Positions 23,161 through 32,412 of a DNA stretch of 60,273 nucleotides are shown here, in pieces (within the stretch, counting starts at the first letter, position 1; each line of letters opens with the position of its first letter). The stretch is from a virus (taxonomy: Duplodnaviria > Heunggongvirae > Uroviricota > Caudoviricetes). Under the pieces are notes generated by a model that was given only the letters and a program-made list of their open reading frames with translations, ran no database searches and was not told the DNA's origin. Both the position numbers and the translations under genes were made by a program. The stretch is taken from IMG/VR virus record IMGVR_UViG_2778261541_000006, positions 1 to 60,273 of that record, one strand, 5' to 3'.

Positions 23161-24465
23161 CTATATAAACTTAGATATAATATCGTGAATCTGTTGTAGC
23201 GGGATATCTTCCATCTCATTCTTAATAAGAGAGCGGTTAGATGCTGTCAGTGAAGGCCATTTTGTTTTCCAGGCTAGATATGCTCGCCATGAGCAGCCTG
23301 TTTCGTAAGGTTTATTCATATTAGTCATTGAGTGCTCAACCGCATGTATGTATTTTTTCTCAAAATTGGTTCCTTTTACTTCAAATAAACTACCGAAATA
23401 AATAAGCCATTTTGCCAAGTGTTCATACTGCTCCCATGCGCCAGGCTTTTTAGTAAGTTCTATTTTTTTATCTATTATATTACAAAAAACATTTAATACA
23501 TTTTCATTATTCCAGCTATATCCAGATGATGAAATGGAGGAAATGATATGATAAAAAGAATCCTCTAGCTTCAAGAACTCTATTTTATACTCTCTTCCGT
23601 TTTTTATTACCGATTTGATTGAGTGCCTCAATTTGTCTTTTATTTTTTTTGCTTCTGGAATTTTATCGTTAAGTTTTCTAAAGAAATCAGATACTTCTGT
23701 TTTATCTATAACCCTAACCCCATAGCAGGAAAAATAGTAATCTTTAATAGGTTGCAATAGTTCCCCTCGGGAAACAAGGAAAATATTGGAGGACATTACG
23801 TTGTCCCGTGAAAATACCTTATATTCATTTATAATAGCCTTTAGGTTCGCGTCACTTAGAGAATAGCCAAGGATAACAATAGTGTTTTCATGTAGAACTG
23901 TGCTTAGTTTATTAGAAAAGTAAGAATTACCATTTATAAATCTGAAATAATCCTCGCTAGTAACAACCATGTCTGATGGGGAGTCTATAGAACCGTGAAC
24001 ATGGTAGACTTTAACCTCACAATTATATTTTGGAATTGGCAGGCCGGGGGTGATTGTACACGTTCGATTCTCTCCAGCCAGCTTTTCTGCTAACTTGTCA
24101 TAATTTGTCGTAATTACTTTAAATGTGTTTTCTTTGAAAAAGTCTTGAATATATTCAATTGATGGATCAAGTTCGATTGAGGCTATGATTTTCTCAATCT
24201 CTTGGTAAATATTTTTCCCCGAAAGTATAAATTTTAGTGCAATAACCTGAGCAGCTTCTTCAAGGCTAAGGTCTTTTGCTTTTCCATCAGGAAATAATTC
24301 CTCTTTGAGTGAGTCACCATCCTTCAATAAACCGCACAGTTGCTCCAATAAAGATTGCCAACTTGGGGCTTTATCATCAGAAACAGCCTTTGAAAATCCA
24401 GTGCCTGTAAGAAAGCACAGCCTATGTGTAGCCGCTGCATAGGCAATTTCTATATACTCGCTCAT
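23161..24465 (-). CDS. SIR2-family protein (ThsA-like SIR2 domain) with uncharacterised C-terminal domain
   Basis: 434-aa ORF in a very AT-rich block; N-terminal half carries SIR2-type motifs in the same order as Thoeris ThsA (FLTGTGFS, TTNYDKL, HVHGS, ILGYSLSD); C-terminal 200 aa unrecognised. Confidence 0.7.
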   Translation of the reverse strand: MSEYIEIAYAAATHRLCFLTGTGFSKAVSDDKAPSWQSLLEQLCGLLKDGDSLKEELFPDGKAKDLSLEEAAQVIALKFILSGKNIYQEIEKIIASIELDPSIEYIQDFFKENTFKVITTNYDKLAEKLAGENRTCTITPGLPIPKYNCEVKVYHVHGSIDSPSDMVVTSEDYFRFINGNSYFSNKLSTVLHENTIVILGYSLSDANLKAIINEYKVFSRDNVMSSNIFLVSRGELLQPIKDYYFSCYGVRVIDKTEVSDFFRKLNDKIPEAKKIKDKLRHSIKSVIKNGREYKIEFLKLEDSFYHIISSISSSGYSWNNENVLNVFCNIIDKKIELTKKPGAWEQYEHLAKWLIYFGSLFEVKGTNFEKKYIHAVEHSMTNMNKPYETGCSWRAYLAWKTKWPSLTASNRSLIKNEMEDIPLQQIHDIISKFI

Positions 24466-24521
24466 TACTTACTCCATTTACTTATAGTTCTACGGAGAAG
24501 TATACCCTAATGCATTGACGT

Positions 24522-25163
24522 TTATAGATAATTTCCTTTTCCTGTTAATACTCCCTTAGGCACCTGTTTTTGTGCCAGCGTTTGGGTGCCGCGAATTATG
24601 TTAATCAGAGGGCTTAGTAACGATGGTTCCTGGCGTGCCTCAACTTCTCCAGCCATTGCACTGATGTAGTCGGCGCTGGCAACGTTGTTGTATTCCGTCG
24701 CAAAGCAACATAGTAACGTCAGAACATGCTCTGTCGTTATTTCGCTCCAGTTGATGTTGAAAAATTCATCGCCTTTTTTATCGTGTTCGGAATCGAAGAT
24801 GCTTTGGTGGAGGATGTATTTGCCGGATTCCTTGCGCGGTAACTTGATTGCTTTCTGGCGTTCCAGCTCCTTATAAATCTGCATTGCCTCAATTAGTACC
24901 GGCCTGCCGTTCATGAAGGGATCGCGCAACCTTACACGCTGGCCAACTCGACCAGTAATAAAGCTGTTTTCCTCTTCCACCAGCACGATAAAACCTTTTT
25001 CCTCTTTCTCACGCAATTCGCGCAGCAACTGGAGTTCCATATCGCGGCGGCGTTCAGGGTAGCTGGTCCGCTCAGCCATTATCAGCTCGTTGTTGATCCA
25101 TGCAGCAGTCATTGACGCCGGTTTGCCGACGCTCATCGAAACAACGCATATTTTCTTATCCAT
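24522..25163 (-). CDS. hypothetical protein
   Basis: 213-aa ORF from Met50 of the track ORF (24522..25310), preceded by a GGGGG RBS; higher GC than the SIR2 gene; no recognisable domain. Confidence 0.45.
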   Translation of the reverse strand: MDKKICVVSMSVGKPASMTAAWINNELIMAERTSYPERRRDMELQLLRELREKEEKGFIVLVEEENSFITGRVGQRVRLRDPFMNGRPVLIEAMQIYKELERQKAIKLPRKESGKYILHQSIFDSEHDKKGDEFFNINWSEITTEHVLTLLCCFATEYNNVASADYISAMAGEVEARQEPSLLSPLINIIRGTQTLAQKQVPKGVLTGKGNYL

Positions 25164-25423
25164 AGCGCCCCCTACAAAAAAGAAAAGCCACCAGCGGCGG
25201 CTTAGCAATACAACTGAAGGTAGCGCCCGGTACTCAGACTGTGCCGTCCATGGAATATTTGAAAAGGGATCCATCCGTACCGGGCGTGTGATGATTCTGA
25301 CTGAAGTCACTTGTCAGTTGTCAATTATTTATTATTAAAAATAATATATTTATTAGTGCATACAAATAAGGCACTAAGTGTGCACATTGCAACCTCAGAG
25401 AGGAAACATTCAACTAGATTGTT

Positions 25424-25457
25424 ATTGCTCTAATAAATTTGATTTATTAGAGCAAAT
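25424..25457. promoter_or_regulatory. C1 operator pair upstream of icd-ant module 1
   Basis: ATTGCTCTAATAAATTT followed head-to-head by an inverted near-copy (ATTTATTAGAGCAAAT); matches the asymmetric 17-bp P1 C1 operator consensus. Confidence 0.6.
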
Positions 25458-25619
25458 AAACTACTATTGGACGCCAGACTATTGATCTTCCTGTTGTTCA
25501 GGCTTATAGTTCCTACGTCGTAGCAAATTCTGCGACCGGGTTTAGCAGCCTGAATGTACATGCGGACAACCGCAGATTTCCGATATTGCGGTATTTTTAT
25601 GTCCGTAAAACCGCGTTAC

Positions 25620-25700
25620 GCCCGAATTATGGTGGGGCGTGATGGGGAGGCTTCGGCCTGCTGGTTTCATGTACGCCAGTCTGCTAACCCCGTCACGTCC
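25620..25700 (+). ncRNA. candidate c4-like antisense RNA
   Basis: Segment containing CATGTAC and CTGCTAA, complementary to two copies each of GTACATG and TTAGCAG upstream (25542-25561) and at the icd RBS (25710-25749); extent approximate. Confidence 0.35.
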
Positions 25701-25757
25701 TGCCACCCGTTTAGCAGCGGGTAGCAGGTTGTTAAACCTGTACATGAGGCCGTAACT

Positions 25758-25979
25758 ATGGTTAATGCCAATCCTTGCGCACGCCCTGAATTTATCTGGC
25801 GCTTTTACTCCTGCCAGAAACGTCACTATCACTTCGTTATCGCACCAACAGAAGATGAGGCACGTTCTCAGCTTCCGGATGCTCCCTGTATTTTCTCTGC
25901 CCGCTTTTCTACCGATTTGCGCAATTCTCTCAGTTACTGGTGCCTCCCTGTTAACGCTTCTGCTCAGGAGGGGCTATGA
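25758..25979 (+). CDS. Icd-like small protein, translationally coupled to ant
   Basis: 73-aa ORF overlapping the downstream antirepressor start by 4 nt, the arrangement of P1 icd-ant1. Confidence 0.5.
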   Translation: MVNANPCARPEFIWRFYSCQKRHYHFVIAPTEDEARSQLPDAPCIFSARFSTDLRNSLSYWCLPVNASAQEGL

Positions 25980-27088
25980 GAACGTCATTAGTCACCCGTG
26001 AAGAGATGATCGAGGCAATTGAACAGCACACTGCCTGTATCAGTACCAGGGATATACCAGGCGTTATTGCCAACTACTTCATGATCACCAAACAACTTTA
26101 CCGGAGAAAGGACAAGAACGCGGTTCACCGCATTCTTCTAACTGATATCCGTGAATACCTGCTCGAACAGGGTCGTCTTGATTATGCAACCGTAACCGCC
26201 GAAGCACGCAAGGAGGCACACAGAATGAAAGCAACTAACGTTAAATCAGAAAAAATTCATGCACCTTCAGTTCAGGAATCGGAGCTGGTGGTTGTTCAAA
26301 ATCAGCCGGATGAAATTCCCGTTCTGGAATGGCAGGGAGTACGTGTCGTAACAACCGAAACTCTTGCTAAGGGGTACGGAACCGATGAAGGCAATATTCG
26401 TAAAAATTTGTCTTGCAACTCCGATCGCTTTGAAGAAGGTAAACACTACTTTCTTTTAACTGGTTCAAAATTAAGAGAATTTAAGAACAGAGTTACTTTT
26501 AGTAACTCTGTTGGTAAGAACGCCAGAAACCTCACTCTCTGGACGGAACGCGGCGCAGCCCGCCACGCTAAAATGATCGAAACCGATCAGGCATGGGCAT
26601 TCTTTGAAAAACTGGAAGACAGCTACTTCCGGCAAAAAGAACAGCAACCGGTCGCAATCCCTCAGACGCTTCCCGAAGCTCTGCGCCTGGCTGCCGAGCT
26701 GGCTGAACAAAAGCAACTTCTGGAACAGAAAGCCCACCAGCTAAATCAGCAGCTGGTGGCCGCAGCCCCTAAGGTCGATTTTGCCGACCGGGTATCAGTG
26801 GCTAAGGGGATCCTGATTGGGAATTTTGCAAAGGTTGTTGGACTTAAGCAAAATGCGCTGTTTGCCTGGTTACGGGAGAACGGCATCCTGATTGCGTCCG
26901 GCGGACGTAAAAATGTACCGTTTCAGCAGTACATAAACGCCGGATATTTCACAGTGAAAGAAGTGGTGCTGGATGATGAAGATGGCTATCAGATACGGCT
27001 GACGCCTCAATTAACGGGTAAAGGCCAGCAGTGGTTGACGCGTAAACTGCTCGATGCTGGCTTGTTAAAACCGGTGGCGGCTGAATGA
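25976..27088 (+). CDS. phage antirepressor (ORF6N N-domain plus KilA-C/Ant C-domain), copy 1
   Basis: 370-aa ORF; central motif IPVLEWQGVRVVTTETLAKGYG and C-terminal region VSVAKGILIGNFAKVVGLKQNALFAWLRENGIL are characteristic of antirepressor families. Confidence 0.65.
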   Translation: MRTSLVTREEMIEAIEQHTACISTRDIPGVIANYFMITKQLYRRKDKNAVHRILLTDIREYLLEQGRLDYATVTAEARKEAHRMKATNVKSEKIHAPSVQESELVVVQNQPDEIPVLEWQGVRVVTTETLAKGYGTDEGNIRKNLSCNSDRFEEGKHYFLLTGSKLREFKNRVTFSNSVGKNARNLTLWTERGAARHAKMIETDQAWAFFEKLEDSYFRQKEQQPVAIPQTLPEALRLAAELAEQKQLLEQKAHQLNQQLVAAAPKVDFADRVSVAKGILIGNFAKVVGLKQNALFAWLRENGILIASGGRKNVPFQQYINAGYFTVKEVVLDDEDGYQIRLTPQLTGKGQQWLTRKLLDAGLLKPVAAE

Positions 27089-27092
27089 TTAA

Positions 27093-27115
27093 AAAAGGCG
27101 GCCTTTCGGCCGCCA
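27093..27115 (-). terminator. terminator for the cre-side transcript
   Basis: Hairpin GGCGGCC-TTTC-GGCCGCC preceded on the plus strand by an A run, i.e. followed by a T run on the minus strand. Confidence 0.4.
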
Positions 27116-27329
27116 ATGATGTCAAGGAGTTAAGTAATGGCTCGTCTTCGTAGTTGACAAAAACCGCGGCTCAATTATAGCAATAAATTAGAGCAATGGT
27201 AGATATTTTGTTTATCGCGAATCATATTTTTTCACTTCAGTACCAGTGTGCTATACTCCTTCTTGATTGATTGGATGCGGAATACAAACCCGCTCTTTTG
27301 TGCAGCCTGGCTCCTTGCCAGGCTTTTTT

Positions 27330-27641
27330 TTACTTCATCATGGAAGCTGTTAACGCTTTGGACCTTGCTGAACTGATTGAAAGGACATTGTTAACCTTAC
27401 CCAAGAGTTCGCCAAACTCAGACATCACTTTAGCAAAACCGCGCCGTGCTTCTTCCTCGGTGGCATTCATCACGAAATGTTCAGCACTACGCATACTTTT
27501 GACAGGGAACGCAACGGATATTGAGTCAATATCAGGCATCCTGTCGCTCAACTTTACAGTGACAATGACGGCTGGCGACTGAATATTAGTGCTTACAGAC
27601 AGCACTACATATTTTCCGTCGATGTTGAAATCCTTTCTCAT
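27330..27641 (-). CDS. hypothetical protein downstream of cre (cra-like position)
   Basis: 103-aa ORF co-directional with and just downstream of cre; competes with an overlapping plus-strand ORF (27271..27582); position-based call only. Confidence 0.3.
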   Translation of the reverse strand: MRKDFNIDGKYVVLSVSTNIQSPAVIVTVKLSDRMPDIDSISVAFPVKSMRSAEHFVMNATEEEARRGFAKVMSEFGELLGKVNNVLSISSARSKALTASMMK

Positions 27642-27691
27642 ATGTCACCATAAATATCAAAGAATCAGAGCAATCCTTTGCGCGTTAATGG

Positions 27692-28723
27692 CTAATCGCC
27701 ATCTTCCAGCAGGCGCACCATTGCCCCCGTTTCACTATCCAGGTTACGAATGTAGTTCATGACAATATTTACGTTGGTCCAGCCACCAGCTTGCATGATC
27801 TCCGGTATTGAAACTCCGGCGCGGGCCATATCTCGCGCGGCACCGACACGGGCACTGTGTCCAGACCAGGCCAGGTATCTCTGGCCAGAGTCATCCTTAG
27901 CGCCGTAAATCAATCGATGAGTTGCTTCAAAAATCCCTTCCAGGGCGCGAGTTGATAGCTGGCTGGTGGCAGATGGCGCGGCAACACCATTTTTTCTGAC
28001 ACGGCAAAACAAGTAGTTATTCGGATCATCAGCCACACCAGAGACAGAAATCCATCGCTCGACCAGTTTAGTTACCCCCAGGCTAAGTGCCTTCTCTACA
28101 CCTGCGGTGCTAACCAGCGTTTTCGTTCTGCCAATATGGATTAACATTCTCCCACCGTCAGTACGTGAGATATCTTTAACCCTGATCCTGGCAATTTCGG
28201 CTATACGTAACAGGGTGTTATAAGCAATCCCCAGAAATGCCAGATTACGTATATCCTGGCAGCGATCGCTATTTTCCATGAGTGAACGAACCTGGTCGAA
28301 ATCAGTGCGTTCGAACGCCAGTGCCTGTTTTGCACGTTCACCGGCATCAACGTTTTCTTTTCGGATCCGTCGCATGACCAGTGAAACAGCATTACTGTCA
28401 CTTGGTCGTGGCAGCCCGGACCGACGATGAAGCATGTTTAGCTGGCCCAAATGTTGCTGGATAGTTTTTACTGCCAGACCGCGCGCCTGAAGATATAGAA
28501 GATAATCGCGAACATCTTCAGGTTCTGCGGGAAACCATTTCCGGTTATTCAACTTGCACCATGCCGCCCACGACCGGCAAACGGACAGAAGCATTTTCCA
28601 GGTATGCTCAGAAAACGCCTGGCGATCCCTGAACATGTCCATCAGGTTCTTGCGAACCTCATCACTCGTTGCATCGACCGGTAATGCAGGCAAATTTTGG
28701 TGTACGGTCAGTAAATTGGACAT
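27692..28723 (-). CDS. cre: Cre tyrosine site-specific recombinase
   Basis: 343-aa translation (MSNLLTVHQNLPALPVDATSDEVRKNLMDMFRDRQAFSEHTWK ... MVRLLEDGD) matches P1 Cre as I recall it. Confidence 0.97.
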   Translation of the reverse strand: MSNLLTVHQNLPALPVDATSDEVRKNLMDMFRDRQAFSEHTWKMLLSVCRSWAAWCKLNNRKWFPAEPEDVRDYLLYLQARGLAVKTIQQHLGQLNMLHRRSGLPRPSDSNAVSLVMRRIRKENVDAGERAKQALAFERTDFDQVRSLMENSDRCQDIRNLAFLGIAYNTLLRIAEIARIRVKDISRTDGGRMLIHIGRTKTLVSTAGVEKALSLGVTKLVERWISVSGVADDPNNYLFCRVRKNGVAAPSATSQLSTRALEGIFEATHRLIYGAKDDSGQRYLAWSGHSARVGAARDMARAGVSIPEIMQAGGWTNVNIVMNYIRNLDSETGAMVRLLEDGD

Positions 28724-29141
28724 TTAACACTCAGATAATGGTTTTAAGTAAAGTGTACAGGATTGGCTCTGCCTTTACCTGTTTATGGTTCTCGTCATAG
28801 AAACGCCAGCGACCGCGCGTGCGTTCTATTTTCTCTTCACCGCGCGATAATGACAGTTGGCAACTATCACGATCAAACCATTTTGCCCGCCAGTAACCAC
28901 GGTTTTTCTCAAGCTCAAGATGAGTGGACACTTTAGCAGCTGAATATCCCAGTTTTCACCTCTGATTGATTGGTGGTGCTAAGTGCGCTACGCGAAATCT
29001 GGAGCACTAACACTGCCAACATTTCGCAGATTTTACGTAGCGCAACCTTGATCAAATGATCAAGTGATCACTATTTGACCTGATAAGGTATTGAACTGTA
29101 TGGATTTACAGGTAAATTAATCATGTTCAATAACCCTTAAG

Positions 29142-29175
29142 ATAACTTCGTATAATGTATGCTATACGAAGTTAT
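29142..29175. other. loxP: loxP recombination site
   Basis: Exact 34-bp ATAACTTCGTATA-ATGTATGC-TATACGAAGTTAT, upstream of cre. Confidence 0.97.
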
Positions 29176-29220
29176 CAGGTCCGAAGAGGAGTTTACGTCC
29201 AGCTGCGCACAAAAATCAAG

Positions 29221-29318
29221 AATTATTAGAGCAATAATTTTTGAGAGAAAAATCCCACTCCACCAGCCAAAAACTGGATTGTTTTTCATAGTTGTTTGAC
29301 AATTGCTCTAATAAATTA
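29221..29318. promoter_or_regulatory. C1 operators in the coi-c1 control region
   Basis: AATTATTAGAGCAAT (29221-29235, reverse orientation) and ATTGCTCTAATAAATTA (29302-29318) between loxP and coi. Confidence 0.6.
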
Positions 29319-29556
29319 TAGTTTTGCCGCCGTTTCGTAATACGACTTTGGATTCACTATTTAATGTGTCTTCAGCGTTGTAGAGCGGCTCAGAAGGAAA
29401 TGAGCAAACAGGGAAACCTTATACAACGGCATTACAGCTATGCATTGCTCATCTTACACACAGCGCAATGTTGTTAGATTACCCCAGCATGGATCATGGG
29501 TGAAACAGTAGGTCAGAGCTTCAGGCTCTGTGTTGTCAATACAGTGAGGCATAATT

Positions 29557-29766
29557 ATGGCTTTCATTCAACCAACCATCGACGACGTTAGACATTGCTC
29601 TAACGCTTTATCTGTAGACCCTGCCGAAACCGACGCTGCCCGCGCCATTGCTGAACACTACTCAAAGATATCCAATCAGGAGTACCGCATCACCCAAGAC
29701 GACCTGGATGACCTCACTGACACAATCGAATATCTCATGGCAACTAACCAGTTAGACTCACAATAA
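29557..29766 (+). CDS. coi: Coi, C1 inactivator
   Basis: 69-aa ORF immediately upstream of c1 on the same strand; size and position match P1 Coi. Confidence 0.85.
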   Translation: MAFIQPTIDDVRHCSNALSVDPAETDAARAIAEHYSKISNQEYRITQDDLDDLTDTIEYLMATNQLDSQ

Positions 29767-29876
29767 ATGCACTAATAAATCTATTATTTTTGTTTGATCC
29801 CTCTATAATATAGGTCAGTAATGACCGGTTTTCTCAGCCGGGCGTTATTGACCATGTCAATTCTGGAGGAGGATCA

Positions 29877-30728
29877 ATGATAAATTATGTCTACGGCGAA
29901 CAACTGTACCAGGAGTTCGTCAGCTTCAGGGATCTCTTTCTAAAAAAAGCTGTTGCACGCGCCCAACACGTTGATGCCGCCAGCGACGGTCGTCCTGTAC
30001 GCCCGGTTGTCGTTCTACCGTTCAAAGAAACAGACAGCATTCAGGCTGAAATTGATAAATGGACTTTAATGGCGCGGGAACTGGAACAGTACCCAGACCT
30101 CAATATCCCAAAGACTATTTTATATCCTGTGCCTAACATCCTTCGCGGTGTGCGTAAGGTTACGACTTATCAGACAGAAGCTGTGAACAGCGTCAACATG
30201 ACCGCTGGCCGCATTATTCATCTGATTGATAAGGACATTCGCATCCAAAAAAGCGCGGGGATCAATGAGCACAGTGCGAAATACATAGAGAACCTGGAAG
30301 CAACAAAAGAGCTAATGAAGCAGTACCCAGAGGATGAAAAATTCCGTATGCGCGTACACGGCTTTAGCGAAACAATGCTGCGCGTCCACTACATTTCCAG
30401 TAGCCCTAACTACAATGATGGTAAATCAGTTAGTTACCATGTGCCACTGTGTGGCGTGTTTATCTGCGATGAAACTCTCCGTGATGGAATTATCATCAAC
30501 GGTGAATTCGAAAAAGCAAAATTTAGCCTTTATGACTCCATAGAACCGATCATCTGCGACCGCTGGCCGCAAGCAAAAATATATCGCCTGGCAGATATTG
30601 AAAATGTAAAAAAACAAATTGCCATCACTCGCGAAGAGAAAAAGGTTAAGTCAGCCGCATCAGTTACGCGCAGCCGTAAAACCAAGAAGGGGCAGCCAGT
30701 AAACGACAACCCCGAAAGCGCGCAATAA
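29877..30728 (+). CDS. c1: C1 repressor of lysis
   Basis: 283-aa translation beginning MINYVYGEQLYQEFVSFRDLFLKKAVARAQ, matching P1 C1 as I recall it. Confidence 0.95.
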   Translation: MINYVYGEQLYQEFVSFRDLFLKKAVARAQHVDAASDGRPVRPVVVLPFKETDSIQAEIDKWTLMARELEQYPDLNIPKTILYPVPNILRGVRKVTTYQTEAVNSVNMTAGRIIHLIDKDIRIQKSAGINEHSAKYIENLEATKELMKQYPEDEKFRMRVHGFSETMLRVHYISSSPNYNDGKSVSYHVPLCGVFICDETLRDGIIINGEFEKAKFSLYDSIEPIICDRWPQAKIYRLADIENVKKQIAITREEKKVKSAASVTRSRKTKKGQPVNDNPESAQ

Positions 30729-30760
30729 ATTATGCCCGGCATCAACCGGGCATTCTTCCA

Positions 30761-31855
30761 TTATTCAGCCGCCACCGGTTTTAACAAGCCAGCATCGAGC
30801 AGTTTACGCGTCAACCACTGCTGGCCTTTACCCGTTAATTGAGGCGTCAACCGTATCTGGTAGCCATCTTCATCATCCAGCACCACTTCTTTCACCGTGA
30901 AATACCCCGCGTTGATGTACTGCTGGAACGGCACATTTTTACGTCCACCGGACGCTATCAGGATGCCGTTCTCCCGTAACCAGACAAACAGCGCGTTTTG
31001 CTTAAGTCCAACAACCTTTGCAAAATTCCCAATCAGGATCCCTTTAGCTACTGATACCCGGTCGGCAAAATCGACCTTAGGAGCGGCGGCCACCAGCTGC
31101 TGATTTAGCTGGTGGGCTTTCTGTTCCAGAAGCTGCTTTTGTTCAGCCAGTTCGGCAGCCAGGCGTAGGGCTTCTGGTAATGTTTGGGGGATTGTGATCG
31201 GTTGCTGTTCTTTTTGTCGGAAGTAGCTGTCTTCCAGTTTTTCAAAGAATGCCCATGCTTCATTTGTGTCCACGATCTTAGACATGCGTGCAGCACCGCG
31301 TTCGGCCCAGAGAATTACCTGACTTGTATATTTGCTAACCAAGTGACTAATAGTCACTAGCCTTTTAAATTCCTTTAACTTTGAACCGGTTAAGAGATAG
31401 TAATGCTTACCTTCTTCAAAGCGATCGGAGTTGCGAGACAAATTTTTACGAATATTGGCTTCATCGGTACCATACCCTCTAGCAAGAGTCTCGGTTGTTA
31501 CGACACGTACTCCCTGCCATTCCAGAACGGGAATTTCATCCAGCTGACTTTGAACAACCACCAGCCCGGATTCCTGAATTTCTGATTTAACGTTAGTTGC
31601 TTTCATTCTGTGTGCCTCCTTGCGTGCTTCGGCGGTTACGGTTGCATAATCAAGACGACCCTGTTCGAGCAGGTATTCACGGATATCAGTTAGAAGAATG
31701 CGGTGAACCGCGTTCTTGTCCTTTCTCCGGTAAAGTTGTTTGGTGATCATGAAGTAGTTGGCAATAACGCCTGGTATATCCCTGGTACTGATACAGGCAG
31801 TGTGCTGTTCAATTGCCTCGATCATCTCTTCACGGGTGACTAATGACGTTCTCAT
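30761..31855 (-). CDS. phage antirepressor (ORF6N plus KilA-C), copy 2
   Basis: 364-aa ORF; N-terminal about 88 aa and C-terminal about 185 aa identical or nearly so to copy 1, central segment diverged. Confidence 0.65.
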   Translation of the reverse strand: MRTSLVTREEMIEAIEQHTACISTRDIPGVIANYFMITKQLYRRKDKNAVHRILLTDIREYLLEQGRLDYATVTAEARKEAHRMKATNVKSEIQESGLVVVQSQLDEIPVLEWQGVRVVTTETLARGYGTDEANIRKNLSRNSDRFEEGKHYYLLTGSKLKEFKRLVTISHLVSKYTSQVILWAERGAARMSKIVDTNEAWAFFEKLEDSYFRQKEQQPITIPQTLPEALRLAAELAEQKQLLEQKAHQLNQQLVAAAPKVDFADRVSVAKGILIGNFAKVVGLKQNALFVWLRENGILIASGGRKNVPFQQYINAGYFTVKEVVLDDEDGYQIRLTPQLTGKGQQWLTRKLLDAGLLKPVAAE

Positions 31856-32073
31856 AGTCCCTCCTGAGCAGAAGCGTTAACAGGGAGGCACCAGTAACTG
31901 AGAGAATTGCGTGAATCAGTGGAAAAACGGGCAGAGAAAATACATGGGGCGTCAGGAAGCTGAGTGCGGGCCTCATCTTCTGTTGGTGCAATAACGAAGT
32001 GATAGTGACGTTTTTGGCAGGAGTAAAAGCGCCAGATAAATTCAGGATGAGTTGGGGTAGGGATAGTAGCCAT
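31852..32073 (-). CDS. Icd-like small protein, copy 2
   Basis: 73-aa ORF (MATIPTPTHPEFIWRFYSCQKRHYHF...) with AAGGAGG RBS, overlapping the copy-2 antirepressor start by 4 nt; N-terminus differs from copy 1. Confidence 0.5.
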   Translation of the reverse strand: MATIPTPTHPEFIWRFYSCQKRHYHFVIAPTEDEARTQLPDAPCIFSARFSTDSRNSLSYWCLPVNASAQEGL

Positions 32074-32393
32074 ATTGGCAGCCTCCTTAGACGTTGGTAT
32101 GTAACCACCGCAGAAGAGACCAATCTTGCTGGCGGTGGACTGTACGGAGTTGGCCTTACTGGCGTCCAAGGTAACCAGCCTACCCGAAGGTAGCCCCATA
32201 CAGCCCACCATTGTAGATGGTGTGCGTGTACGCCGATACAAAAAAAGACGCGAGCGGCGTCTGTATCGCCTTAGACTTAAGCGGGAGGCCAATCCCGGCA
32301 CCCGTTTTAATGAGGTGCCTGATAAGCATAAACCGAAAATGCCTCAAGGCGCAAGAGGTCAGGTTCAATGTAACATCGGTAGCTAAAAAACAC

Positions 32394-32410
32394 AATTTAT
32401 TAGAGCAAAT
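32394..32410. promoter_or_regulatory. C1 operator upstream of icd-ant module 2
   Basis: AATTTATTAGAGCAAAT immediately beyond the pacB stop, at the head of the minus-strand module. Confidence 0.55.
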
Positions 32411-32412
32411 AT

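Noticed and set aside
28731-28931. 66-aa minus-strand ORF just upstream of cre
   Set aside because: Lies in the cre promoter/leader region between cre and loxP with no support beyond being open; not called.
27692-29175. cre-loxP considered as a prophage integration junction
   Set aside because: P1 Cre/loxP resolves plasmid dimers and cyclises the genome rather than integrating it; flanking sequence on both sides is phage backbone (coi/c1 and cra-like), so there is no host junction.
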